From Glycera tridactyla (taxonomy: Eukaryota), in contig OZ286462.1 in the NCBI GenBank assembly GCA_965644265.1, positions 48,422,001 through 48,486,000 on the forward strand: a DNA stretch of 64,000 bases, in the 5' to 3' direction. The translations under genes were made by a program, and so were the position numbers. Shown piece by piece: positions 12,601 to 24,390 of this stretch. Position 1 is the stretch's first letter. Each line of letters starts with the position of its first letter. The notes under the pieces were generated by a model. It saw only the letters and a program-made list of their open reading frames with translations, had not been told where the DNA came from and did no database searches.

Positions 12601-15600
12601 GTGGCTGAAAAAGTTTTTTCGTGAAGACTGTAAGGGTATTGCTTATCTCAGGTTTCACTGTATTTGAAATACATAGTATGTTAGGAATGTATTAACGGTG
12701 TTTTGAGCCATATTTCATCCAGAATATACTGCTGTTCAATCACACGAGATAGATGGAAATAAGATGGTGCCTTATTGCCATGATACATGGTATTTTGTAT
12801 GCTGTATTCTCTGCTATACATGCCTATTATCTCAGTTTTTTCCTGTCAAAATAAACAGATTTGAATTTGTTGCAGGTCGTACTTTCCCGAATCATCCATA
12901 TTTCTCCAGGGAGTTGGGTGCTGGCCAGCTCTCCCTGTTCAACTTGCTCAAGGCTTACTCACTGATTGACACTGAAGTTGGCTACTGCCAGGGCCTCAGC
13001 TTTGTGGCTGGTATTCTACTCATGCATGTAAGTCCCCCATCATCTTATGTTCAGGGTTCTGAGAGTGATGTCTGCAGAAGAGAACATCTAGCTTTCATTG
13101 ACCAGGGTTACATGGCATACATAATCCTCTGGGTTGATACATGCCATTAAACCTCAACCATACAAAATAAACATGCATTTTAACATGTCTCCGTTTTTAT
13201 TCCAACTGCATCAAAAAATGAAATGATTAGCTTAAATACATGCATATGAGCTTTCACATGGATATCCAGTCATATGCTAGTTATTACATATGACTGACAT
13301 TTAGGAATTGTACTATTGGGAATTATCAGGATTTTCCTCAGGAGGTGATGATTGTGATGGTTCATCAAGAATTTCAGTTGCCTGAAATATTCCGTCCTCT
13401 TGCTAGTTTTGTTTTCACCGGCTGATAATCATTTTCATCATGTGATTGATTTATCAATCTAGTTTTCTGACTGTGCTGTACAGTTTGACCTCAAATTGAA
13501 ATATTCAACAGCTGAGATGGTCCATGATGAACTTGATGAACATGAATTGTAACTATGACATCCTTTAATATTTTTATTACAGATGCAAGAGGAATCAGCA
13601 TTCGAGACGCTGAAGCATATGCTGTTCCGTTTGAATTTTAGACGACAGTACAGACCTGATATGGCTCAGCTACAGGTATGTCATCTTATTTCATGCTGAA
13701 TATAATTAGGTACAATATGTAATGCAAGATATAATGATTGTCTCAATGGATTAACAGGATATGCAGCAGAAGATTGCGGGCACATAGTCATTGCAGAAAA
13801 GAATCTGTCCAGATAAAAAGGATTGTCAATTTCAAGACACTTTACATGTAACACACACTTTACATGTACATGTATGATTATAATCATGAAACCATTCATG
13901 ATATCTTCAGCAATTACTAAACAAATGCCTTTTATTTCTCATCTCACAAACTAGGAGGTATATATCAAGCACAAACAAGTAGGCCAAATGGCAAGAGTTT
14001 CATGTATTTGATTGTAGCTGGTTTAGAGGGTATATAGTTTGTGATGACACCAGAAATCATCTAATTTTGCATCTAGTTGTGAATCTTCAAAAAGAACATC
14101 CTCCCTTATAAAAAAAAATAGTGAATCCAGTTTGAATGATCCATTCTTTCATGACTCACTTAATGGCAATACAGAACCAGTGGAGACCCCAGATAAGAGA
14201 CCAATCTTACAGATGCTCCCTTTCCATTTGACAAAGTTAAATATGCTGGTACTTTTGACAAGAGATGCCCTGTTGTGTATGCCCACATAGCTCTCATTCG
14301 TATAAATACTCCATGTGGAGTCCGGCAGATTATTATTCAGATTCAGCTAACCTTGCGCGGGTTGATCTTGCGGGTGGTTTCTAGTCAAAGGTCTCTGTAT
14401 ATATCCTTGCTCTGGGTTTCAATGCAAGCTATATATTCTCATGAACCACTGCTCTTGTCATTTTTCAGATTCAAATGTATCAGCTGTCTCGGTTGCTGCA
14501 TGATATGCATAAAGATCTCGATGATCATTTTGCTGCTCATGAAATTGGTCCAACGTTGTATGCTGCACCCTGGTTTCTCACCATTTTTGCCTCCGAGTTC
14601 CCACTTGGATTTGTATCCCGTGTTTTTGGTAAGTACCCTAATTTGGATAAGCATTATTCATCTATTTTTATCTCATGAAACTTGATGAAAACCTGTGATC
14701 CTTGGGCTCAAATCAGATGACATATCCAAAGCTCTGAATAATGGGAGCCTTACAATAAGTGAAGAAAAAATACCCCATTCAACTTGAAGAATTTAAACGT
14801 TACTCACGGCGTAGTTTGGAAAGCAGGAGCTTTCAGACGTATTCATCCGGCGCCTTTCTCAACTATGACAACTGCGGTCGTGCGTCGTCACGTGACACCG
14901 TAGTTGGGAAGGAGTCACGTGACGATTTGAGAATCCCATTCAACATTGCTTCGATGAAAGCTGATCTCCAGTGACATCACAAGAGGATCACGATACCAAG
15001 CAGTCCATAAGCAAGGCTGTAGTAGGCATTGTTCACTCTGACTCTAGCCTGAGTGTCCCACCAACTTCAAAAATTGGGGACAACACCCTTGGAAAAGGGG
15101 ATACAGTAAAACCTGTCTTGGGAGACCGCCCCAAATGCCAACAAAAAGTGGTCTCTCAAGACAGGTGGTCTCTCATTGGAGGTATATTCGACTATGTCTA
15201 ATAAAGAAGAGCCGATGAAGAGTGGTCTCCCATTAGAGGGTGGTCTCCCAAGACAGGTTTCACTGTACTGGCTTTGGATAGTTGAAATCAATAGCTAATA
15301 CCTGAGCAACATTTTCATAGAATATGAATGGAATGAAGACCAATTTTGTGCTGAAAACAATGCAGAGAAGTTCATATCTGGAGTAGGTTTATTAGATGAG
15401 CAGAATTAATGCTATAAGTACTTTACTGGATGGACTGGGCTCTCCTACTGAGGTCAAAATCAATATTCTACTATCCTAACTAGGTATCAGATTGTGATCC
15501 TAATGTTACGATATTTGATACAGTGGAGCAAACACTGAGCAGAAACAGCTACCTACAAATGATACAGGTGGATTCAGATAGAAAGATCAGGGAGGTAACT

Positions 15601-16925
15601 CAATAGAGAAATCACAATGATTTGCAGTACGGTATATAGGAATGATTTTCATCAGCATCTTTACCTTTATTTTGAAATGGGAAGACCTACCCTTGCCCAT
15701 CAATAATTTTCTACATAATATAATTTTGTTTTCTTCTTGTGTTTTCAGATCTCATCCTACTCTTTGGAATGGAAGTTGTATTCAAGGTGGCACTAGTTTT
15801 GTTGGGAAATCACAAAGAGCTAATCAAACAAGAGGACAGCCTTGAATCTATTGTGAAATTCCTCAAAACAACACTACCAGAGATGGGAACGATACAGATG
15901 GAACGAGTAATTGCCCAAGTAAGTTGAATTCTCATGATGACCAATATAGATAGACATGCAGAAATTATGATGGCTATACCATGTGAGGTAATCACTATGG
16001 TGGCGCTCTCAGATCCATTACTCCAGAGACATCTAGTGGAACATAGATGTCATGCAATATGCTGCCATCTGGTGGCCGTGGTCTTCACTAATAATCAGCA
16101 GTTGGGGCAGACTGGTGTATATTCTCATCCCACACATTTCCTTGACTTTTTGGTATGGTATGCTTGTACTATTTGTTCCATCTGCCAAGTGGTCTTTGTC
16201 ATAATCAGATAAGTATGACCTGAAATCACAGTTTGACCTAAATTGAAAATGAAACTCTTGAAATGCTTATCAACATTGAACAAATATATGCATAATATGA
16301 TTTTAAAGCACCATCTGATTTCTCCCAAAGTAATCTGCTCATTTCTTCTACACTATACTTGTACCTGCGACTACAAAGTTCGTTGTATTTTCAGGTATTT
16401 ACGATGGACATCTCCCGCCAGCTGGCAGCGTATGAGGTGGAGTACCATGTGTTTCAAGAGGAGGTGGCCAATCCCATACCTAGTGATGTGATGGCCCTGC
16501 AGCAATTAGAGGCAGCCAATCAGACGCTGCGACAGCAGAACATGGAGTTGGCCGAGCAGCTCGCAGCAACACAGAGCAACGAGCACTCCATGATGTCACG
16601 AATTACGATGTTAACCTCAGACATGGAGAAGTTACGAGCTCACATGAGAACACTCGAGTTAGAACGTGCGGCTCTTCTGAATGCGGTTACACAACTTCGC
16701 GCTGGTGTTCCCGACTCTGAAGTTGAGATCCCCGAAATCTCAACAGATGTCATAAACACGAACTCGCCTATTCATAATCCAATCCTGAATCGGTTTGTTG
16801 AGACCAAGGACTTGAAGTTGCGAAGTGGCGCTTCACTCACGGAACTCGATAAAGAACTGCTGTCACAACGAAATAAGAAGGCCAATGTACATATAACTCA
16901 GAATGAGAACGAGAGATCATCCTAG
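3625..16925 (+). CDS. TBC1D1: TBC1D1/TBC1D4 (pollux)-type Rab GTPase-activating protein, 3' part (upstream exons not identified); exons 3625-3774, 11260-11412, 11804-11974, 12876-13027, 13583-13675, 14469-14628, 15749-15918, 16395-16925
   Basis: All junctions are GT-AG with consistent phases (1,1,1,0,0,1,0). The spliced peptide has [118 protein letters not shown] and [11 protein letters not shown], which I recognise as near-collinear with the TBC1D1/AS160 TBC domain. It ends in a coiled-coil tail and a stop at 16925. A single invertebrate gene is probably co-orthologous to TBC1D1 and TBC1D4. Confidence 0.95.
4668..5175. mobile_element. Degenerate hAT-like MITE with CTTGAAAAGT subterminal repeats
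   Basis: Ends CATGGTTTGCAC / GTATGAACCATG; repeated CTTGAAA(A)GT motifs at both ends; no clear TSD. Confidence 0.5.
7617..8126. mobile_element. pogo/Tigger-type MITE
   Basis: TA-CAGTCGGTTTGC ... GCGAACTGACTG-TA; CpG-rich interior. Confidence 0.7.
8953..9134. mobile_element. pogo-type short MITE family B (representative copy); others at about 1207-1590, about 17848-17905, 18688-18867, 18968-19137, about 32481-32660, about 43923-44100, 59175-59339
   Basis: TA-CAGTCAAACCTCTCTATAAAGACC ... GAGGTTCGACTG-TA. Shared core GTCGCAGCTCAGGGTGGTCTTTAT. Confidence 0.85.
9377..10063. mobile_element. pogo/Tigger-type MITE, long form
   Basis: TA-CAGTCAACCCTGC ... GCAGGTTTGACTG-TA, with subterminal (GC)GGCCAC repeats. 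Confidence 0.8.
10200..10365 (+). mobile_element. Probable 3'-end remnant of a related LINE
   Basis: GAAATAAAGGTCTATTCTATTCTAT at about 10343-10367 resembles the AATAAAGGTTTGTCTATTGTCTAT tail of the 45034 element. The upstream extent is a guess. Confidence 0.4.
12268..12630. mobile_element. hAT-like MITE with a 6-bp TSD
   Basis: Ends CAGTCTTC / GAAGACTG; TSD TAAGGG (12262-12267 / 12631-12636); many subterminal GGGAGAGTG/CACTCTCC motifs. Confidence 0.75.
13033..13162 (+). mobile_element. SINE-like dispersed repeat, 3' portion (representative); copies at about 11685-11782, 19145-19315, 23945-24065, 24988-25140, 25858-26010, and reversed at 26208-26367
   Basis: Shared CCCCATCATCTTGTGTTCAGGG...CTCTGGGTTGATACATGCCATTAAACCTCAACC with a (CCAA)n/(AAACC)n tail. 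No tRNA head recognised. Confidence 0.7.
15102..15267. mobile_element. pogo-type short MITE family A (representative copy); others at 4095-4255, about 7410-7556, 17904-18084, about 32689-32765, about 33352-33483, about 36233-36385, 62309-62490, about 62586-62746, and a mini copy at 68-141
   Basis: TA-CAGTAAAACCTGTCTTGGGAGACC ... GGTCTCCCAAGACAGGTTTCACTG-TA. Shared core TCTCTCATTGGAGGTATATTTGACTATGTCAAA. Confidence 0.88.
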
Positions 16926-17756
16926 TCTTCAATGTGATCATTCATGTATTATAATTCAGAACATCATTAGTCAATCATCAAACCCATACATGTATTTTTG
17001 AAGTGCTATTCATCATTGTACATTTCCAGACCAGTATGTATGAAGTAGATATTTATATATATGTATATGTTGATAGTGATAGAAATGAATACCATATGAT
17101 GTAAATTTTATATTTGTGCAGTTTTTTCTCCGTTACTGTCCAGTAACTGTATGGTGCAATCCAGTAGTTGTATGATGCATATGTAATCAAGTAAAAGATC
17201 TATGTGCTTGGATCTGGCAGATTAGCCGCTGATATAGGTTGTCGGGGTTGAGATTGTGAAAATTTCATTCCTACAGACAGGATACAATGAAGTTGTAGTC
17301 AAAGATTTTGAAATTCTCAAGAAGTAGCCAGTTGAGTTTGGTGGCACAATAAGAGGGTAGTTTCTGAATGTGTTACCATGGCAACACATTCAGATATTAG
17401 CTGAATGGCTGCATGAATTTGTGACATGGATGCAGAGGCATGAAGATGGGTGAACTATTCCACTTAGTGGGACTGGTAAGGAGAAAGTAATATTTCCATG
17501 TCATTCCCACAGAGTGGAACGTTTCACTTTCTTCGAAATGGGCATGTATCCATAAGATAGCAAGGCTATCAGTTCCCTGATCAAAACAATGGGATTTGTC
17601 AAGGTATTTCCATCCATTGTTGAAATGAGCTGCCCCAATACATTACAAATACACTGAAACCTGCGAAGAGAGACCGTCCTAAACATCAACAGAATTGGTC
17701 TCTCATAGGAGGTATATATGACAGTGCAAAATTGGAAAACTGCCCTACAGAGATCA

Positions 17757-17839
17757 TTTTAATGGCTCAGCACAATACTAGGCTAACTCACAATGGACAA
17801 TGTACTGAGTTAACCTAGTATTGCACTGAGCCATTGAAA
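17757..17839. other. Near-perfect 34-bp-stem hairpin (probable mini-MITE, about 17746-17847)
   Basis: TTTTAATGGCTCAGCACAATACTAGGCTAACTCA / 15-nt loop / TGAGTTAACCTAGTATTGCACTGAGCCATTGAAA; 30 of 34 positions Watson-Crick. Confidence 0.75.
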
Positions 17840-20800
17840 ATACTGTAATGGTCGCAGCTCAGGGTGGTTTTTATAGGCAGGTGGTCTCGAGCAGGTTCAA
17901 CTGTACAGTGAAACCTGCGACGAGAGACCCCCCGATGAGAGACCACCTCCGACAGGAGACCGCTTTTCCAAGGCAGCTTTTCTATTTGAAATAGTCAAAT
18001 ATACCTCCGACGAGAGACCACCTCTTTTGAGAGACCACTTTTTGGTGACATTTAGGGCAGTCTACTGCCTCAGGTTTCAATGTATATGACCTGATCTGTT
18101 GCAGTTTCATGCAGTCATTCATACCTTAATTATTCACCTTTAATAACCTCAAGCTGCTGTGTAGAATATTGGAAGGAATCGGTTCTCTGATCGATGGGCT
18201 TTTTGATCCAGATAGTGTTGTATAGGTTGTGCAATTTTTGAATCAAACTAGTTTATGTGTATTGCAGTTTAGATCGTTAGAAACCAAATCAGTCACCATT
18301 AGTCAGATGTGTATACTGCATAAATGAATTTGACAATGTTAGCAATTCGGAGGGTGATGGGGTTGTTTCCGATAGAATTCATTTTTGTCCATGGACTAAG
18401 CTCAGAGCATGAATTGTGATACATGTAAGAGAGGAGATTTGAAATTTCCTCTGCCGTCATAGAGCAAAGCTGCTATAGTCTATTTAAAGCTCTTGTCAAC
18501 TGAAGCATTAATTTCTAAAAGTCACCCAGCATCATGGATGTGTCTATTGCCACATTCAAAAGCATATAGCTGAATATTTTATTCACTCTTGATGAGTAAT
18601 ATGTGCTATCCATCTTCGGCCAGAAGTTTGCCAAACCTAAACCCGATGCATTCCTTGTTTCAATTACTGATCTTTGTGTTAAACCATTATAGTCGAACCT
18701 CCTCTAAAGACCACCTCTCTGAAGACCACCTCCCTATAAAGACCACCCTGAGCTGCGACTGTGGTAGTATTTTCAACAGTAAATGACCACTCTATAAAGA
18801 CCACCGCCCTAAAAAGACCACTTTTTGATGTGACCTAAGGCAGTCTTTATAGAGAGGTTTGACTGTACTTCGAACTTGAGGGCCCACCTCCAACTAGTTA
18901 CATAGCGAACATCGGCTGGTTTGTTTGTTTTATTGTATAAAGGTAGATTTGTTTCTGAGATGACGGCTACAGTCAAACCTCTTGATAAAGGCCACCTTTG
19001 GTCACATAAAAGTGGCCTTTATAGGTATGTGGCCTTTATAGAGAGATCATCTACTAAAATACAATCATAGTTGCAGCTTAGGGTGGCCTTCATAGACAGG
19101 TGGCTTTGATAGAGAGGTGGTCTCTCAGGTTCGACTACCGGTATACTTTCATTGACAACCTTCCTGATTTTCAGGTCATCTTGTGTTAAGGGTCTTTTTG
19201 GAGTGATGTTTGCTTGGGACAATGCGTTGAATTTCCACAGATCAGGAATACACAGCATACATAATCCCTTGGGTTGATAACCATGATTGAACTCCAACCG
19301 ACCAACCAACCAATACAGTCAACCCAGCACTGAGCATCTCTCCTTAGAAAATAAAAGCAAACATTTGACCAATCATGACAGGTTGCTGCTTGATACAAGT
19401 GGAGAATACAGCTGTATTAAAGAAATCCCCCAGTAATGAAATACCAAAAATGCTTTTTGCATGGAATTTGCCGAAGAACATGATCATATTTTTTTGCAGT
19501 TCATGTCTGGCATATTTTCTGATGAAAAATGCTCTCTACAAAGATGCAGGTACAACTGTGAATAATGTTCCCAAAAAGGATAGACTGAGGTTTGTTTGTA
19601 ATCTATACATCCATGAAACTGCGTGGCCGATTTTCTTGTTCTCAGTTGACCAGTCTCACGCCAGAGACTGTTACATGTGATTGTGTGTCCTCCTAAAATG
19701 TACTTGTGTATATTGTGTCTATTGATAAAGTTGTAGGATTGTTACTTTGGTCATCCAATCAAGATTTATTTCACTCTAAATTGCTGTGAATTTCTTCAAT
19801 AGCAGACTATATTTGAAGGTTTGTTGTGAGTGAATGGAATTTACCAATGAGATTACCAAGGTAATTTGGGTTGGGGTATAATTATTCTTATGCAAATCAG
19901 TTGAGGATGACCAATCAGTACTACTTGAGGTGTGAAATAATAATGAAGCAGTTGCTATCGGAGAGGACTATAGATTTATTCAACCCACAATTTCCACCCC
20001 TCCTGATTTCCAGATTGTTTTCATCAGATTCTAAACTACATTTGACCTCTAAGTCATGTTTATGCTGTCCATTCATTCATTTTTCATTTTTTGAGTTGGG
20101 TATGAGACATTAAAATGAGCAATAATTATGAACACATCATTGTGAATTAGATTCTATATGGTTGAATTAAACTTTCATCTTTGGTATCATCTTCTGTTTG
20201 AACACGGATGAACAGTTAACGGTGCAGAACTAGCCAATAAAAGGGAGCATCATTCTATTCCCAGTGTTGTGTATCTTTCCCTAGTGATGAGCTTTTTTTT
20301 CATGATGATCAGTATGACCCTAGTGCCATTTAAAAAAATGCTTCATCAAGGTGATGATACAATTCCAGTGACTAAAAGATTATTTCCTGCATTTTTCTTA
20401 TCGCCAATTATAATATTGTACTTAAATGTGGTCATATTTTACTCAAGCAGAAAAATGAACTCCTATCACCCCATCAAAGAATCACTTGTGCATATAATGC
20501 AAGAATAAATATGTTTCATATTCTCATCATCTCACTTTTGAAATTGTCACCATAATCACAATGACAGGTTTGAATCCATATCAGAATAATATTTGGTCCT
20601 TCTTTCGTAATGGTTATCATATGTTTTGGGAGATTTGGGGAAGAGTGAGAGCAAAGAGAAGATACAAATGTTTTTGTTTACAAGAATACGTTCCTCATTT
20701 GGATTCTGTATTGTTCACAGGATGCAGTGTTGTATCCTTCTGTTAAACTCTAAAAAATCTACAAAGCCTATTTTTGTTGAGTGGTAGTAGCTGGTTGATT

Positions 20801-21463
20801 GTAGAATGAATCAATCAAACTGGTTGTAAATATGAAGTGAATATGTTCTAGTCTTGTGATCGGTGTTTGGATTTCCAGTCCATGGTTGGTTGTACATAAC
20901 AGAGAAGTACTTTTTTTTTGCAGAAGTACTGAATGTGGTCATCGACAGTTAAGAAAGATTACTTAAGTCAGTTTTATACTCATTCCATTTGTTTATCAAT
21001 TTAGCCCAATGCTGTATTATGCACTATTTATGTTACAAGGTATGCATTACTTTTTCGATTATGTAAAACTCGTGTCATGGGAGAGCACCTGTTCCTCACA
21101 AGGTGTATGTTAGAGGGCCTGAAACAGCCATGAGCTTTGTGGTAGGCTCCATGCACTGAGTGAGGACTTGTGTAAAGTTATTCCTCTAGCATATGTTCTT
21201 GCTTTTATTGCTCGATTAAATTTTGGTTGTAATATGACTTTGATTGGTCAGCATTTGTGTGTGCATACTCACTAATGTGGTCAGTTAGTGAGAGCAGAAT
21301 GGGAGGCTACTGGTACAACCATCTGATAGAAAAAATAATTCGGTGGATATTGTCCAAATGAGTAGGAAATAGCACTTCCCATTTTCAATTCATATACATG
21401 GGTATTGCCCGGTTATATATATTTGACCCAAGACTATCTCGATCAAACATTTAATGAATTACC

Positions 21464-21672
21464 AATTTTCTTGAATGAGCACTTTCACTTGCAAAGTAGG
21501 ATGTGGTGACAGGTTTTACTGTACACCGATTGCAATTCCTTCACCTGGGTGTTTCCCTGTTATAAGTCTATCTTAACCAAATATTTGATAAATTACCAAT
21601 CGTCTTGAATGAGCACTTTCACTTGCAAAGTAGTATGTGGTGACTGGTGACAGGTTTTACTGTACACCGATT
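21464..21672. repeat. Local direct duplication (about 70 bp repeated about 133 bp apart)
   Basis: CTTGAATGAGCACTTTCACTTGCAAAGTAG...GTGACAGGTTTTACTGTACACCGATT occurs twice. Confidence 0.85.
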
Positions 21673-22299
21673 TTCCCAGTACTGTGACGTAACTCCGGAT
21701 CTTGAGGCATTTATATATTTGATTCAATACATATTTGAACAGTATTACAGGCTATTCCATTACAACATGTATTATTGAATTCAGTGGAAATTGTTATGAG
21801 CAAGCATATTCACTTTAAGCTATCAGTGAAATGTCTCAATTTATGAATATACAGTGGGAGCTATTTTAAGCAACCTCCCTCGAGAACCCAGTAGTGGTTA
21901 CTTACAACAGTGAAAGAGCACATACAGTTGATTTGAAACATGCAAATAGAAATTGCATCTGTTAATTGCTGAAATAATCACAGAATCTGTTGCACCATTG
22001 AATCCGGCATTTTCATGTTCAATTATTAGAGCTAGTGGCATTTGGGGTCTCACAACTGGTGAAGAGAGAGGGTCAAAAGAGAAGTAGGTTTGTAATATGC
22101 CAACTTTCAGGCTGAATATAGCCTATAAACTCAAGCTTATGCAGAGGATGGATCCTAACACAACATGCCTGGTATTGCTGATCAAATGTAGATGGGATAT
22201 CAGAGTAGTCTGTTCAACAGAATCATGTCCAATTGCATCTATGTAAAAAATAAACCATTACCATGATATCTGTTATTCTAGTCATTATGTTGTTCTTGC

Positions 22300-22640
22300 A
22301 CATTCCATTTATCCTTTCCTTTTGGTTCAGTGATAATCGAAAGTTCACAATGAATATAAATCATTGATTGATTGGTATATGATGTTTCAATCAGCACCAC
22401 AAACACCAAATTGAGACAATTGGAACCCCCAATTTGGATTCCACTCCATTCAACGGGAAATGAATGCAGCACAGAATGTGTTGCTTGGGAGAGCAACCTG
22501 GACACATTGCCTCAAATGTACTGGTACTAATTCTCCATGATTTTTTTCTCAAATATTTCAAATGTGTGCTTGTCAAAATTATCTCATGCAATATAATTCC
22601 AAGCAATATCTATTCGTGTGAATAAGTTGTTTTCAATGGC
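22300..22640 (-). pseudogene. Possible highly decayed RT fragment (RTE-like)
   Basis: Frameshifted traces of VQG(C)LSP and WSGIQIGGSNCLNL resemble RQGCxLSP...GIxIGGxxIxNLRYADD. Confidence 0.3.
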
Positions 22641-24065
22641 GATGATTCCTATGTTTGAGAAGAAAATAGTATAGATTCTTCTAACTGTACAAGGAAGCTG
22701 GATCATAAGTGGCTAATAGATTACAGTTTACCTTCCTGAGAAGTTCATGGAAGATAATTGAATTATGTGAGAAAATTCACAGGGCGGTTAATATTTCCAG
22801 CAGGGCAAATAGCTTTCAAGCCTCCTGTTCAGGACACAAGTAGAATTTCCTAAAAGAGGGAGCACCACCTAGTGGACCTCTTTGCACGAATGGCAAGGGG
22901 AATACTCACACTATACAATCAACCTGACAATTTCTAGATGAGAGCTCGCATTTATTCGAAAAAATGACTTAAACAGTGAAAGATCGACCGAGTTCTCTTT
23001 CCGGCATTGCCCAGCGTTAAGACAGATCACAAGGAAAATACAGGGGGGCAACATTTAATGGAATAATTCACTGTAGAACTGGAACTGCTTGAAATAAAAG
23101 ATACATGATTTTTGTTGTGCTTCTCTTGTTAAACAATAAACAAAATGGCAAAGATTATGTATCTGCAAAGTTGCCATTCTTCTACATGGGATGCTACAGC
23201 CTTAGGGATAAATGCCAGAGTACTCTTTATCAACATTGATGGTGGGATGACCTAATTTAGAATTGACAATTAGCCCAAATGGTATACAGAATGAAACTGA
23301 AGCCAATCAGCTTTCAAGTACACCCTTGTCTTTGTTAAAATCTAATGAACTCCAATGATGGGTGAATCATTTTATTAAGTCATTGTCATGTATCGAAATG
23401 ATGTATTTCTTGGTTCAAAGATGATTCAATAGGAATAAGTAAATTTCTTACTTCGTCATCTGAGCACTATCACAACACACATGTAACAACATGCGATCAT
23501 GACTCCTACTCGACCAGTCAAAATGTCAGAAAGTTGCAACAATCTTTCCAAAGTGAGAAATTCACTTATTCACCCTCATGATGTAATCTGTAATGATTCA
23601 TTTGTCAAAATTCTAGTGGACCGGTGTATACTGAAGGGTATGGAAGCCATGTTAATTGATAGGATATATATATGCAGCGAATACATTTTTGACTTGTCCA
23701 TGGTTTACATAAGTCTTGCAGATGCCCTGAATTTCTTCATGACCAATATCTGTTGTAATTTTTGAGAGGAGGGATTTGGTAATTTGTGTAATTTAATAAG
23801 TCATACTTGAGAATATACGTGAGAATGTCATTATGTCGGAAGGTCAACAAGTGCCTAATAGTTGTGTATGAATTGAACCTTGAGAATATCTCAATCTTTG
23901 CATAGTTGTATGTAGGTACAGGTGGCTGAGCCAACAGCTATGTGCACTTGAAAACATTTCAGGTTCCCCATAATCTTGTATTCAGGGTTTGTCTGGGTGA
24001 TACCTGTGCAGTATCCATCTTTCATAGATCAGAAGCACATGTCATATATAATTCCATGGACTGAT

Positions 24066-24390
24066 ATATGCTGTTAATCTCTGACCATTATAAATAAACC
24101 GATCAATCTATTCCCTTGGGAGGTGGTGTCTCGTTGTAGGTTCCACTGTACAGGAGATTGCTCCTCGCAGGCCTGTTCATATATGCTGTAAAACTGTAAG
24201 TGATAAATAAACTGATCAATCTATTCCCTTGGGAGGTGGTCTCTCGTTGCAGGTTCCACTGTACAGGAGATTGCTCCTCGCAGGCTTGTTCATATATTCT
24301 GTTAATCTCTAACCATTATAATCAAACCGATCAATCTATTCCCTTGGGAGGTGGTCTCTCGTTGCAGGTTCTACTGTACAGGAGATTGCA
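24066..24390. repeat. Three tandem units of about 114 bp, each containing a MITE right end
   Basis: Anchor GATCAATCTATTCCCTTGGGAGGTGG at 24101, 24214 and 24329. Confidence 0.85.

Noticed and set aside
17372-17385. Perfect RFX X-box GTTACCATGGCAAC
   Set aside because: It lies downstream of the stop codon, far from any promoter, and similar palindromes occur elsewhere in the window, including coding sequence.
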